From positions 3,264,001 to 3,328,000 of the forward strand of contig CBDBDQ010000005.1 of the NCBI GenBank assembly GCA_965203905.1: 64,000 bases of DNA, read 5' to 3'. This document shows, piece by piece, positions 32,245 to 42,707 of the stretch. Position 1 is the first letter of the stretch. The number at the start of each line of letters is the position of its first letter. Source of the DNA: Spirochaetia bacterium (GTDB taxonomy: Bacteria; Spirochaetota; Spirochaetia; SZUA-6; Bin103). The position numbers and the translations under genes are program-made. The notes beneath the pieces were generated by a model. The model had not been told where the DNA came from, did no database searches, and saw only the letters and a program-made list of their open reading frames with translations.

Positions 32245-33426
32245 TCACGGGCGGCGCAGGGTCTCCTGGACCGAGAAGATGAACAGGGCGGCGCCGGCGA
32301 CGCCCAGCAGCGCCACCGCGGGGCCGGCGAAGGCCAGCGAGAGAACGGCGGCCACGGCGCCGATGACGGTCGGTCCGGCGGTGGTGCCCACATCCCCGAT
32401 CAGGCGCCACATGCCGATGAATTCGCCGGCGCCGCGGCGCGGGGCGAGGTCGGTTCCCATGGTCATCAGGAAGCCGCTCCCCAGGCCGTTGCCGGCTCCC
32501 GCCAGCACGCCCACCAGCAGCAGGCCCAGGAAACCGGCGGTCAGCGGCATCAGCGCCAGGCTCACGGACATCACCACGATCGACGCCACCGCCGCCCAGC
32601 GCCGGCCGAGGCGATCCATGGTCATCCCGCTGGGGTAGAACATCGCCATGTCGGCGATGCCGGAACCGCTCATCGCCAGCCCCACCTGCGCCACCGGCAG
32701 GCCGATCGCCTCCCCCCACAGCGGTATGAACAGGGAGCGCGCGGCGCGCACCAGGTTGAGGGCGATGATCGCCGGGCCGGCGCGCAGCAGCACCCGCCAG
32801 TGGTCGCGGACGATCGCCAGCGGATGGTACCAGCCGCCTTCCGCCGGCTGCCGCGGCTGAGGCCGGCGCGCGGGCATCCAGCGCAGGGCCGCCAGCGCCG
32901 CCAGCACCGTCAGGCAGGAGAGGGCCAGGAACGGCGCGCGCAGACCCAGGACGCCGGCCATGGCACCGCCCAGCGCCGGCCCGACGGCAAAGGTGCCGAT
33001 CCGGTTGACGCCGCCCAGGGTGGCCAGCACCCGGCCTCGATGCTCCTGCACCACCGTGGCGCGGGCGAGGGCCATGCGTCCCACCATCCACGCCCCGCGC
33101 CCGGCGCCCATCAGCAGCGCGGCGAGCCCCAGCAGCAACAACCCGCCGGCCCCGGCGGCCAGCAGCCCGGCGACGGTGAGGGTGCCGAGCACCGTGATCA
33201 CCATGGTGCGCTGCGGCCAGCGGGCGGCGATCACTCCCGCCGGGATGTCTATCACAAGCGTGCCCACCGCGATCAGCGCCACGATCCCAGCGGCGCCGGC
33301 GACGCTGCCGCTCAAACTGGTCGCCAGCCGCGGCAGCACCGGCAGCGTGAGCCCCCAGCCGATGGTGTAGAGGAGTTCCGGAAGGTAGAAGGAAAGAACC
33401 AGGATGCGGAGGTTGCGCGCCGGCAC
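32245..33426 (-). CDS. MFS transporter
   Basis: About 12 hydrophobic segments, GMTMDRLGRR loop motif; GTG start estimated. Confidence 0.88.
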   Translation of the reverse strand: MPARNLRILVLSFYLPELLYTIGWGLTLPVLPRLATSLSGSVAGAAGIVALIAVGTLVIDIPAGVIAARWPQRTMVITVLGTLTVAGLLAAGAGGLLLLGLAALLMGAGRGAWMVGRMALARATVVQEHRGRVLATLGGVNRIGTFAVGPALGGAMAGVLGLRAPFLALSCLTVLAALAALRWMPARRPQPRQPAEGGWYHPLAIVRDHWRVLLRAGPAIIALNLVRAARSLFIPLWGEAIGLPVAQVGLAMSGSGIADMAMFYPSGMTMDRLGRRWAAVASIVVMSVSLALMPLTAGFLGLLLVGVLAGAGNGLGSGFLMTMGTDLAPRRGAGEFIGMWRLIGDVGTTAGPTVIGAVAAVLSLAFAGPAVALLGVAGAALFIFSVQETLRRP

Positions 33427-33529
33427 GCGCGCATTATCGGCGGCCGGGACGCGGCGGGGAACCCCGCGTGGTGGGCATAGACGACGGTGCCGGAGCCGAG
33501 CCGTCTCTCCCATGTGTTATAGTGAATGA

Positions 33530-36500
33530 GTGCTGAGTGACTCGGGGATTTACCGGAACGCACTCCAGGTCTCGCCGACCCGCATCGCGGCTCTGGACGA
33601 TACCGACTTGAACGAACTCATGGGCCAGTTGTTGCGAGCCCAGACCTACCGTTGCGGTTCCCCGCGCGATCTCGTGAACACGGAGATCAGAGCATCAGAC
33701 GCCGGCTGCGATGGCTGGACTGAGCGTCCTGCGACGGCGGATCCCTGGCTCGGTTCCACAGATACGTGTTGGCAGTTCAAGTCGGGGAGGGCCGGGGAGC
33801 CCGGTCGGCTGGGCCCTGAGGTGGAAAAGCCAACACCGCTCCGAACGTTGCGTGGCGGCGGGCGGTTCGTGGTCGTTGCAAGTGGTTCGACAAGGGGGAC
33901 GGCGGGCGTCGACGAACGACGGGCACAACTGACCACTGCCGCCAGACAACTCGGGCTGCCCGAGGAAGCTGACGAGAGAATAGTTGTCTACGGCAGTGAA
34001 GAAGTCGCCAAGTGGTGCAACCAGCATCCTGCCATTGCGGCGCGCTGGGCGGGACGGCCGCCGGGGCTGCTGACGTGGGACGAGTGGGCGGGCAGTAGTG
34101 AACATCGGATGCACTATGAAGCCTCCGCGGAAGTGCAGGCAATCCTGACGGAAGGAAGAGCCGATCTGGACTTCGCCACGGGCAGTGTCCATCATCTGCA
34201 TGTCCAGGGTCCGCCGGGTGTTGGAAAGACACGATTCGCACTCGAGCTCTGTCGCGAAGCACCGTGGCGAGATACGGTGGTCTATTTTGCGCAGAGCGAG
34301 GATCACCGCTTGCTCGAATTGATCGACAGTGTGGCGCAAGAGGCAGATCCCGCGGTTCGATTGATGGTCGTCGCGGACGAGGCACAGCCGGAGCATCTTT
34401 TGCCGTTCCGGAACTCGGTGGAACGTGCGAACGGTCGGGTCCGGCTCGTCACCGTGGGTGGTTGTTGGACTCCCGACCCACAGAGAATACCGGAACTGCG
34501 GATCGAACCGCTTGACGCAGCGATGATGCGGCCCGTGGTCCGCAACTGGTATCCGGCAATGCCGCCGGAGCACGTTGACTACGTAATACGCCTCGCGGAC
34601 GGTTACCTGCGGTTGGCACGGCTCGTCGCGAATGTGGTTGACGCCGATCGCGAGGCAACCGTACCGGAAGTGCTGCACCGTACGGAAGTCCGTCAGCTTC
34701 TCGACCGCATGCTCGGGAGGGGGGACCGGCGACCGCTGCATGTCGTCGCGATTCTGTCTCACGTAGGCTGGGATGATGACCGGCGCGCCGAGGGAGAAGC
34801 GATCGCCGCGTACATGGGGCTCGACTGGAGTCAAGTGCGCCATGCCGTCAACGATTTCCATCGTCGCATGCAGATTGCTCCGCGCGGTGGACGCTATCGA
34901 TATATCTCACCGGAGCCGCTCGGGATATATCTTGCTCTCGAAGCGCTGGACGTCAATCCTGAAATGCTGGAGGCGCTGCCTGCGAGGTTGCCCTCGGAGC
35001 CGGCAAGAGATGCGTTCTATCAGCGTATGCAGGCGATCTCCAGCAATCCAGGAACGCGAGAGTACTCACGCGAAAAGCTGCGCTTTTTTTTTCGGATCGA
35101 TGATTTCGTAGATCCTCAGCGAGTGCGTCGATGGTCGGCGTTCTCCGCGTCGGACCCGGAGGCAGCCGCGGCCAACATAGGTCGCGCCCTGCAGGCGGCC
35201 GGTGTCGAGGAACGCAGGAGGATCAGAGGCGAAGCAAGGCGTGAGATCGTCTGGAGACTGGTTCGCATCGCGTGGCGCTCATCCGCATTTCACGACGCGG
35301 TTACGGCGCTGGCGCTGCTGGCCGAGGCGGAGAACGAGCCCTGGGCGAATAATGCCACCGGCGAGTTCGTGGCGCGTTTCCAGGTAGTTCTGGGCGGCAC
35401 CGGGCTTCCCTACCTCCGCCGTCTGCACGTGATCGATGAATTGCTGGAGTTGGGGAGGCCTGAGTTGGCGAGGCTCTGCATAAGAGCCTTGTCCCGGGTC
35501 GGAGGAGGATCCGAGACTCGCGGTGGAATCGTCCCCCCGTCCGACCAGGTGCCGGAGAGGGAGTGGCAGCCCGAGACGGGAAGCGAGCGCCTGGAGTGTA
35601 TCCGCAACGCTGTCGCCAGATTGGAATCCGTTGCCACACTTCGGCTCCCCGCCCTGCAAGCCGACTTGGTGAGGGCTGCGGGTGGTCTGTCTTTGCTCCT
35701 TCGCTATCGCAAGACGCGCACGATGGTCGCGAGATTCCTCGTAGCCGTACGCGTAGCCTACCCCGGTGCTCGGGAGCCACTGAGGCAAGTCGTAGCCGGC
35801 GTCATGCACCTGTACATGGAGGATCTTCCACCCGATCAACAGCGAGAGCTTGCCGAGCTGCATGCAGAATTCGAAGACAGTGCGCTAGGGGCGCGGCTGG
35901 AGCAGCACGTCGGGGCGCGACCATGGGAGCGGATTCTGCCTCCCGAGTTCGCGTCACTCGCTGCGGAGCTTCTTGCCGCTCCCACCGTGCTGGAGGAGTA
36001 CTGGCCCTGGTTGACTTCGGGCGACGCCGCGTCCGCATGGGAGTTCGGTGTGTCTCTGGCCAAGGTAGACCAGAGAGGCCGCTTTCTCAGTGCACTGCCG
36101 ACATTCGCTGACACTGGGTCAGACCTGCGTATGGTATGCGGGTACGTCGCCGCGCGACGGGAGGCTCTTGGCGACGAGTGGTACGAACAGTGGGTGTCGT
36201 CTCAGTTCGACCGTGATCCGCAGCCGGTAAGGCTCATACACGAAGCTATCTGGCGTTGTGGCGTGACTGATCGGATAGCCGGCATGATGGCGGGAATGCT
36301 GCGGGAGCAACAAGTCAGCTCGCTGATCGTGGGACAGGTCGCCTACGCCGACTGGCGCGGTACATCAGCCAGCGTGCTTGAAAGCGTATTGCGAGTGATG
36401 GCGGATACAGGCCACGCCGAGACCGCGTTCAGTATCCTTCAGCGCCGCATGGAGCAGGCTCCCGTCGAGATGGAGTGTTGGAAGCCGTTCGCCGTGGAGT

Positions 36501-37174
36501 TGGTAACGAGCGTTGACCTGATCCGCTGCGGCGGGACAGCCAGCGACCGCTGGAAGGAAGTCGCAGTCGCTCTTGTCGAGGATCACTTCGAGAAGATAGC
36601 CACGGCTATTTTTCGGGCTCATGCAAGTCGCAAACCGACCGAGAGCTGGTTCATAGACACTGAATCAGCCGCTGCCGAGGTGCTTGTTTCTTGTGTCAAG
36701 CAGGATCCCGGCCGGATCTGGAAGACTTTGCTCTGCTTCCTCTCGCCACCTGGCGAAGCATACCTGTTTGCGTCCGGTTTCCCGACAGAGGTGATGGATC
36801 TGCTGCCCGTGGATGACATACTAACTTGGATCGGGGAGTTGCCCCGTGAGAAGGCCGCAGAACGTGTGGCTGCACTGGCCCGTATGAGCAACATGGACTC
36901 GCTGAATGACGATACGCTGGCTGCACGTCTCATCGGCAAGTATGGGGACAATGAGATTGTGGCCGAGGGTTTCTTTGCTCGTTACGTCTCGGGCAGTTGG
37001 TGGGGGCCAGCCTCTTCACACTGGAGCGCTCGTGCTGAGGCACTAAAAAAAGTGGCCGAGCGTAGCGTACTTCCCAGACTGCGCGACTGGGCGTCAGCGA
37101 CCGCTCGGACTATCGATGAGATGGCCGCGCAGGAAGAGCAGCGGGAAGAGGAACGACAGCTCCTGATTCGTTGA
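33530..37174 (+). CDS. Large STAND-like P-loop NTPase with N-terminal restriction-endonuclease-like domain and helical C-terminus (Avs-like)
   Basis: DAGCDG...WQFKSG; Walker A GPPGVGKT; Walker B LMVVADE; ADGY GxP-like position; long alpha-helical tail; composition shift relative to neighbours. Confidence 0.72.
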   Translation: MLSDSGIYRNALQVSPTRIAALDDTDLNELMGQLLRAQTYRCGSPRDLVNTEIRASDAGCDGWTERPATADPWLGSTDTCWQFKSGRAGEPGRLGPEVEKPTPLRTLRGGGRFVVVASGSTRGTAGVDERRAQLTTAARQLGLPEEADERIVVYGSEEVAKWCNQHPAIAARWAGRPPGLLTWDEWAGSSEHRMHYEASAEVQAILTEGRADLDFATGSVHHLHVQGPPGVGKTRFALELCREAPWRDTVVYFAQSEDHRLLELIDSVAQEADPAVRLMVVADEAQPEHLLPFRNSVERANGRVRLVTVGGCWTPDPQRIPELRIEPLDAAMMRPVVRNWYPAMPPEHVDYVIRLADGYLRLARLVANVVDADREATVPEVLHRTEVRQLLDRMLGRGDRRPLHVVAILSHVGWDDDRRAEGEAIAAYMGLDWSQVRHAVNDFHRRMQIAPRGGRYRYISPEPLGIYLALEALDVNPEMLEALPARLPSEPARDAFYQRMQAISSNPGTREYSREKLRFFFRIDDFVDPQRVRRWSAFSASDPEAAAANIGRALQAAGVEERRRIRGEARREIVWRLVRIAWRSSAFHDAVTALALLAEAENEPWANNATGEFVARFQVVLGGTGLPYLRRLHVIDELLELGRPELARLCIRALSRVGGGSETRGGIVPPSDQVPEREWQPETGSERLECIRNAVARLESVATLRLPALQADLVRAAGGLSLLLRYRKTRTMVARFLVAVRVAYPGAREPLRQVVAGVMHLYMEDLPPDQQRELAELHAEFEDSALGARLEQHVGARPWERILPPEFASLAAELLAAPTVLEEYWPWLTSGDAASAWEFGVSLAKVDQRGRFLSALPTFADTGSDLRMVCGYVAARREALGDEWYEQWVSSQFDRDPQPVRLIHEAIWRCGVTDRIAGMMAGMLREQQVSSLIVGQVAYADWRGTSASVLESVLRVMADTGHAETAFSILQRRMEQAPVEMECWKPFAVELVTSVDLIRCGGTASDRWKEVAVALVEDHFEKIATAIFRAHASRKPTESWFIDTESAAAEVLVSCVKQDPGRIWKTLLCFLSPPGEAYLFASGFPTEVMDLLPVDDILTWIGELPREKAAERVAALARMSNMDSLNDDTLAARLIGKYGDNEIVAEGFFARYVSGSWWGPASSHWSARAEALKKVAERSVLPRLRDWASATARTIDEMAAQEEQREEERQLLIR

Positions 37175-37192
37175 GCCGGCCGACCTCGGCTG

Positions 37193-38581
37193 CTACCCCC
37201 CGCGTTGCCAGATCACGGTCTCGGGGCGGAACTGGCTCCAGGCGAACCAGAACGCTTCGTGGCTGGCGACCTCGCGGTCGCCGATGAAGGCGCGGATGCC
37301 GCTGCCGTCCAGGGCCACCCGGATGCCCTCCAGCTCCACCGGCTCGCCGGCCTGCAGGGCGAGCACGGCGCTGGCCACCGGGAAGGCCACCGGCAGGCCG
37401 GCCGCGCTCTCCACCCCGAGGATCCGTTCCTGCACCGCCAGGCGCGGGTCCACGTCGCCCACCGGGAAGATCGGGCCGTTGTCGTCGCGCCCGCGCAACG
37501 GATCCAGGGGGTAGCTCTTGCCGGGCTGGCCACCGTCGCTGGCGATGATGGTGGTGTCCGGGTGCGCCTCCTTCCACGCCGCCCAGGTGGAGGTGACCAC
37601 CGACACCTGGTTGAGCACCACGCCGTCCTCGTGCAGCGGTCCCGACAGGGCGCGCCCGGTGAAGGTGTCCATGGCGGAGAGGGTGCTGATGTCGTACATC
37701 AGCTTGTTGGAGCGCGCCAGCAGGCCGGAGGTGCGCAGCACCGGCCGGTGCGGATCCACGTCATCGGTGTAGTAGGCCTGCGCCGAGCCGCACAGGGTGC
37801 AGTAGGGCATGCCGATGCGGCGTCCGCCGAGGGTGTCGTTCACCATCTCGTGGACCTCCATGATGTTCTTGGGATAAGCCCGCGCCTCGCCGTTTATCAC
37901 CACCCCGAACACCAGGCGCTCGTCGGGATACCAGCTCCCGCCGGCGGCATCGGTCACCGGCGGGTCGTCGAGCGCCGGGATGCAGCGGAAGCAGAACTGC
38001 CCGGGACTGGCGTCCTGGCGGTCGTCCATCAGCACCCCGCCCCAGGCCACCAGGCGCCAGTCGATGGCCGAGTCGGCATCGGCGAAGAACGGTTCCCAGC
38101 GCGGGTCGATCAGGGTCAGCAGTTGGCCCTTCAACTCGCGGTAGCCGGGAAACGCCGGCAGGTCCCAGGCGATGAGCCGGTCGGGCATCGCGTTGTAGTC
38201 GCCGTGCGGTACCTCGCCGCTGGTCAGTTCATCGAACGCATCCCACAGCGCCTCCATCTCGCGCCAGCCGGCGAAGCGCATCAGGTCGACCAGGAACCAG
38301 CCGACGCGCGCGTCGCCGGACTCGCCGAGGCGGGCGATCGCGTCGAGGTCGAAGTTGCGCGCTTCGATCCGCTCGATCACCAGCTCCATGTCGGCACGGG
38401 TCTCGGCCAGCAGCTCGCCCTCCGGGAAGCTCGGCGCCGAGGGGAACACCTGGCCGAAGGCGCCTGTCAGGGCTCCGCCGGGTGCTGCCGCCGCCGGCAC
38501 GGCGGCGACGGCGAAGGCGAGGGCAGCCAGCAGCGCGGCCGGCAGCGGCGCCGACAGTGGACGCGACTTTGGGACGTTCAT
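37193..38581 (-). CDS. DUF3179 domain secreted protein
   Basis: Signal peptide; IPALDDP, ARAYP, HEMVND, YCTLC, SGLL..SN.LMYD, FWFAW. Confidence 0.85.
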   Translation of the reverse strand: MNVPKSRPLSAPLPAALLAALAFAVAAVPAAAAPGGALTGAFGQVFPSAPSFPEGELLAETRADMELVIERIEARNFDLDAIARLGESGDARVGWFLVDLMRFAGWREMEALWDAFDELTSGEVPHGDYNAMPDRLIAWDLPAFPGYRELKGQLLTLIDPRWEPFFADADSAIDWRLVAWGGVLMDDRQDASPGQFCFRCIPALDDPPVTDAAGGSWYPDERLVFGVVINGEARAYPKNIMEVHEMVNDTLGGRRIGMPYCTLCGSAQAYYTDDVDPHRPVLRTSGLLARSNKLMYDISTLSAMDTFTGRALSGPLHEDGVVLNQVSVVTSTWAAWKEAHPDTTIIASDGGQPGKSYPLDPLRGRDDNGPIFPVGDVDPRLAVQERILGVESAAGLPVAFPVASAVLALQAGEPVELEGIRVALDGSGIRAFIGDREVASHEAFWFAWSQFRPETVIWQRGG

Positions 38582-38711
38582 ATGCAACATGATACCCGAC
38601 TGTTGCCGGCCGCACCCGGTGGTGCGCGGATCCGCGGTTTCGGGGCGATCCCCGTGGCGGGCGCGAACAGTGCGGGCGCGGGCAGGCGGCGTTTCGTGGC
38701 ACAATCGCCCC

Positions 38712-39878
38712 ATGGTTTCACTTGACCGCACCGGCCAGGCGCCGGGACAGCCGGGGGGCGGTGAGGATTTTCAGCCCGCTGCGCGGCTGGCCGCGGTGCG
38801 CGCCTGGTTGGACTCCCACGACGAGGTGGACGGCCTGCTGCTGGTGCGCCAGGAGTCGCTGGAGGACTACGACCTGCGCTACCTGACCGGGTTCACCGGG
38901 TCCTCCGCCTTTGCGATCGTGACCGCGGGCCGGGCGCTGCTGCTGACCGACGTGCGTTACGTGGAGCAGGCGGCCCGGCAGTGTCCGGGCTGGTGCATCC
39001 GGCGCCACGGGCGTCCCGTCGCCCCGGCGCTGGTGGAAGCCCTGCAGGGCGCCGGCGTGCGGCGGCTGGCGTTCGAGCCGTCAGGACTCACGGTCGCCCT
39101 GTGGAACGAGCTCCGGGACGGGCTGCCGGACACGGCGCTGGAGCCGGCAGCCGGCGCGGTGACGGCGCTGCGGGCCCACAAGGATGCGGCCGAGGTCGAC
39201 GCCATCGCCCGCGCCTGCGCCGTCAGCGACGCCGCGTTCGGGCAACTGCTGCCGGAGCTGCGCGCCGGCGCCCGCGAGCGCGACGTGGCGCGGCGCCTGG
39301 AGGACCTGCTGTACCGCCATGGCGCCGACGCCATCGCCTTCGAGTCGATCGTCGCCTCCGGTCCCAACTCGGCGCTGCCGCACGCGCGGCCGGGACCGCG
39401 GGCTCTCGCGCCCGGCGACCTGGTCGTGTTCGACTTCGGCGCCCGCATCGACGGCTACTGCGCCGACATCACCCGCACCGTGGTGCTGGGGCCGGCGTCG
39501 GCGGCCCAGCGGCGTCTGTACGACACGGTACGCGAGATTCAGGCGGCCGCGGTGGCGGGGATGCGCGCGGGGGCGCGCTGCTCGGATCTCGATGCCGCCG
39601 CCAAGCGCGCCATGCAGGCTGCGGGCTACGGCGAGTACCCCACCCACAGCCTCGGCCACGGTCTTGGCCTGGCGATCCACGAGGATCCTGCCCTGCGCCC
39701 GGACAACGACGCGCCGCTCGCCCCCGGTCACGTGGTGACCGTCGAGCCCGGCATCTACCTGCCGGGTTTCGGCGGCGTGCGCATCGAGGATACCGTGGTG
39801 CTGGAGGAGCGCGGCTGCCGGGTGCTCACGGGAACTCCCCGGGAGTTGGTAGAGCTCCCCGTTGCGGAGGACGCATGA
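38712..39878 (+). CDS. Xaa-Pro aminopeptidase (M24B)
   Basis: YLTGFTGS, DFG..DITRT, HSLGHGLGL.IHE, EPGIY, GVRIED. Confidence 0.92.
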   Translation: MVSLDRTGQAPGQPGGGEDFQPAARLAAVRAWLDSHDEVDGLLLVRQESLEDYDLRYLTGFTGSSAFAIVTAGRALLLTDVRYVEQAARQCPGWCIRRHGRPVAPALVEALQGAGVRRLAFEPSGLTVALWNELRDGLPDTALEPAAGAVTALRAHKDAAEVDAIARACAVSDAAFGQLLPELRAGARERDVARRLEDLLYRHGADAIAFESIVASGPNSALPHARPGPRALAPGDLVVFDFGARIDGYCADITRTVVLGPASAAQRRLYDTVREIQAAAVAGMRAGARCSDLDAAAKRAMQAAGYGEYPTHSLGHGLGLAIHEDPALRPDNDAPLAPGHVVTVEPGIYLPGFGGVRIEDTVVLEERGCRVLTGTPRELVELPVAEDA

Positions 39879-40261
39879 GTCAGGAAGAACGGACACGGAT
39901 CCTCTCCTTGCTGGAGGAGGGGAAGATCACCGCCGCCGAGGCGGCGCGGCTGCTGGAGGCGCTGGCAGCCGCCCCTCCCACGCCGGCACGTCCGGAGGCC
40001 GGCGGCGGCCGCCTGCACGTGCAGGTGACCGACCGCGCCACCGGCGCCAGGCGCGTGCACTTCACGGTGCCCGCGGCGCTGGCGCGGATCGGCGTGCAGC
40101 TGCTGGCCGCGGCGGACCTGGGCGACGAGCTTGCCGCCGCCGGTCTCTCCGCCGCGGACCTGGAACGGGTGCAGGAGGCGATCGACAGCGGAACCGTCGG
40201 CACGGTCCTGGAAGTGGACGACGGCAATTCCGGCTTCCGCGTCGAGGTCTGGATCGATTAG
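39875..40261 (+). CDS. SHOCT-like (YvlB N-terminal type) domain protein
   Basis: EERTRILSLLEEGKITAAEAARLLEAL; ATGA overlap; GGAGG RBS. Confidence 0.75.
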   Translation: MSQEERTRILSLLEEGKITAAEAARLLEALAAAPPTPARPEAGGGRLHVQVTDRATGARRVHFTVPAALARIGVQLLAAADLGDELAAAGLSAADLERVQEAIDSGTVGTVLEVDDGNSGFRVEVWID

Positions 40262-40279
40262 AATTGAGGGTGAGGGAGG

Positions 40280-40765
40280 GTGGTGGAGTATCTGCCCTAC
40301 ATCTGGGCGGCGCTGGGGCTGGTGCTGATCGGCGCCGAGTTCCTGCTGCCCAGCTTCATGATCTTGTTCTTCGGCGCCGGCGGGCTGATCACCGCGGCCC
40401 TCACCGCGCTCATTCCCGGGTTGCGTGAGAGCCTGCCGGCTCAAGTGCTGGTGTGGCTCGGCGCCTCCACCGTGTCGCTGTTCTCGCTGCGCCACTGGCT
40501 GCGGGGGGTGTTCCACGGCAGCGTGCAGCGCGCCCGCGACGAGGACGAGTTCGCCGGCAGGCAGGCCACCGTGGTAGAGGCGATCTCGCCGCAGGTGCCA
40601 GGACGGGTGCGGTTTCAGGGCACCACCTGGGAGGCGCGCAGCTACGAGGGCAGCTTCGCTCCCGGCACCGCGGTGCAGATCGTCAAGAACGACAACCTGG
40701 CCCTGGTGGTGACGCGGGCATTCAGCGAAGAGATGCTCGACCAGGGCACGGAGGGAGACGGCTGA
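40280..40765 (+). CDS. NfeD family membrane protein
   Basis: N-terminal TM segments, G.V.F.GT.W.A OB-fold; adjacent SPFH genes. Confidence 0.88.
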   Translation: MVEYLPYIWAALGLVLIGAEFLLPSFMILFFGAGGLITAALTALIPGLRESLPAQVLVWLGASTVSLFSLRHWLRGVFHGSVQRARDEDEFAGRQATVVEAISPQVPGRVRFQGTTWEARSYEGSFAPGTAVQIVKNDNLALVVTRAFSEEMLDQGTEGDG

Positions 40766-41745
40766 TGGCATTCGAGATCGTGCTGGCGCTGCTGGCGGCC
40801 GGGATCGTGATGTGGCTGTTCTCGCGCCTGGTGCGCATCGTGCCCGAGCAGGAGACCTACATCGTGGAGCGGCTCGGGAAGTTCACGCGCATGCTGGGCC
40901 CCGGCTTCCACGTGCTGGTGCCGCTGCTGGAACGAGTCGCGTACCGCCAGAACCTCAAGGAGGAGGCGATCGACGTTCCGCCGCAGATCTGCATCACCCA
41001 GGACAACGTCCAGGTGGAGGTGGACGGCGTCCTCTACCTGCGGGTGGTGGATCCGCAGAAGGCGAGCTACGGCATCGACGACTACCGCTTCGCCACCACC
41101 CAGTTGGCGCAGACCACGATGCGCTCGGAGATCGGCAAGATCAACCTGGAGGGCAGCTTCTCGGAACGGGAGGCGCTCAACGACGCCATCGTGCGCAGCG
41201 TGGACGAGGCGTCGGACCCGTGGGGAATCAAGGTGACCCGCTACGAGATTCGCGACATCGCGCCGCCCGCCGGCGTGCTGGAGGCGATGGAGCAGCAGAT
41301 GCGCGCCGAGCGCGAGAAGCGCGCCCAGATCCTGGAGAGTGAGGGCGCAAAGAGCGCCCGCATCAACCTCTCCAAGGGCGAGCGCGAGGAGGCGATCAAC
41401 CTCAGCAAGGGCGAGCGCCAGCGCCGCATCAACGAGGCCCAGGGCCGCGCCCGCGCCATCGAGGCCACCGCCGCCGCCACCGCCGACGGCATCCGCGAGA
41501 TCGCCGCCGCGATCCAGCTCCCCAAGGGCCAGGAGGCGGTGGCGATGCGCATCGCCGAGCAGTTCGTGAACCAGTTCGGTGAGATCCTGGAGCGCGCCCG
41601 GACCTCGGTGATGCCGGTGGACGTGGCGCAGATCCGCGCGCTGCTGCAGAGCGTCCTGCCCTCTGCCGGAGCGGCGCGGGGTAGCGGCGCGGGAGACGGG
41701 GCGGCCGGAACGTCGGGTGCGCCGCCCGGAGCGGACCGTCGATGA
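40765..41745 (+). CDS. SPFH/stomatin-like (paraslipin) protein 1
   Basis: VERLGKF, CITQDNV, LAQTTMRSEIG, AEREKRA. Confidence 0.92.
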   Translation: MAFEIVLALLAAGIVMWLFSRLVRIVPEQETYIVERLGKFTRMLGPGFHVLVPLLERVAYRQNLKEEAIDVPPQICITQDNVQVEVDGVLYLRVVDPQKASYGIDDYRFATTQLAQTTMRSEIGKINLEGSFSEREALNDAIVRSVDEASDPWGIKVTRYEIRDIAPPAGVLEAMEQQMRAEREKRAQILESEGAKSARINLSKGEREEAINLSKGERQRRINEAQGRARAIEATAAATADGIREIAAAIQLPKGQEAVAMRIAEQFVNQFGEILERARTSVMPVDVAQIRALLQSVLPSAGAARGSGAGDGAAGTSGAPPGADRR

Positions 41746-42707
41746 CCCCGTTGCTGATCATTGCCGGCCTGTTCGCGCTCGGCGTGCTGTGGTCGTTGGT
41801 ACGCAGCGTGCGCGTGGTGCGTGCGCAGTCGGCACTGGTGGTGGAACGGCTCGGGCGCTACGCCAAGACCCTGGGCGCCGGGTTCCACATCCTGGTGCCG
41901 TTCCTCGACCGGGTGCGCTACCGCCACAGCCTCAAGGAGCAGGCGATGGACGTTCCGTCGCAGCCCTGCATCACCCACGACAACGTCAAGGTGATGGTGG
42001 ACGGGGTGCTCTACTACCGCGTGGTCGATCCCCGCGCCGCCAGCTACGGCATCAAGAACTACCAGTACGCCACCGTGCAGCTCGCCCAGACCACCATGCG
42101 CTCGGTGATCGGGCAGATGGAGCTGGACCGCACCTTCGAGGAGCGCGAGCGGATCAATGCCCAGATCGTCTCCAGCGTGGACCAGGCGTCCGACCCGTGG
42201 GGGGTCAAGGTCACGCGCTACGAGGTGCAGAACATCAACGTTCCCGCCAGCGTGCTGGAGTCGATGGAGTACCAGATCCGGGCGGAACGGGACAAGCGCG
42301 CCGTGGTCGCGCGCAGCGTGGGGGAGATGGAGTCGCGCATCAACCGCTCCATCGGTGAGATGGAAGAGGCGATCAACCGCAGCGAGGGTGAGAAGCAGCG
42401 CCAGATCAACGAGGCCGAGGGGCGCGCCGAGGAGATCGTGGCGCTGGCCCGCGCCACCGCCACGGGACTGGGACAGATGGCCGCCGCCATCGCCGCCGCC
42501 GGCGGCGAGGAGGCGATGCTGCTGCGGATCGCCGAAGCCTACCTGGAGCAGCTGCGCAAGTTGTCGAACAACGCCACCGAGGTGGTGCTGCCGATGGACC
42601 TGACCGACATCAGCGGCGTGGTGGACGCGCTGCGCGGCGCGCTGCAGCCGTCCGCGGGCCGGACCGCCCCGGCGGCCCCGGCTCAGGTGGCGGCGCGCGA
42701 CGGGTAG
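41742..42707 (+). CDS. SPFH/stomatin-like (paraslipin) protein 2
   Basis: VERLGRY, CITHDNV, LAQTTMRSVIG; tandem paralogue. Confidence 0.92.
   Translation: MTPLLIIAGLFALGVLWSLVRSVRVVRAQSALVVERLGRYAKTLGAGFHILVPFLDRVRYRHSLKEQAMDVPSQPCITHDNVKVMVDGVLYYRVVDPRAASYGIKNYQYATVQLAQTTMRSVIGQMELDRTFEERERINAQIVSSVDQASDPWGVKVTRYEVQNINVPASVLESMEYQIRAERDKRAVVARSVGEMESRINRSIGEMEEAINRSEGEKQRQINEAEGRAEEIVALARATATGLGQMAAAIAAAGGEEAMLLRIAEAYLEQLRKLSNNATEVVLPMDLTDISGVVDALRGALQPSAGRTAPAAPAQVAARDG

Noticed and set aside
37193-38581. Selenoprotein form of DUF3179
   Set aside because: The redox motif is CTLC with no in-frame TGA.
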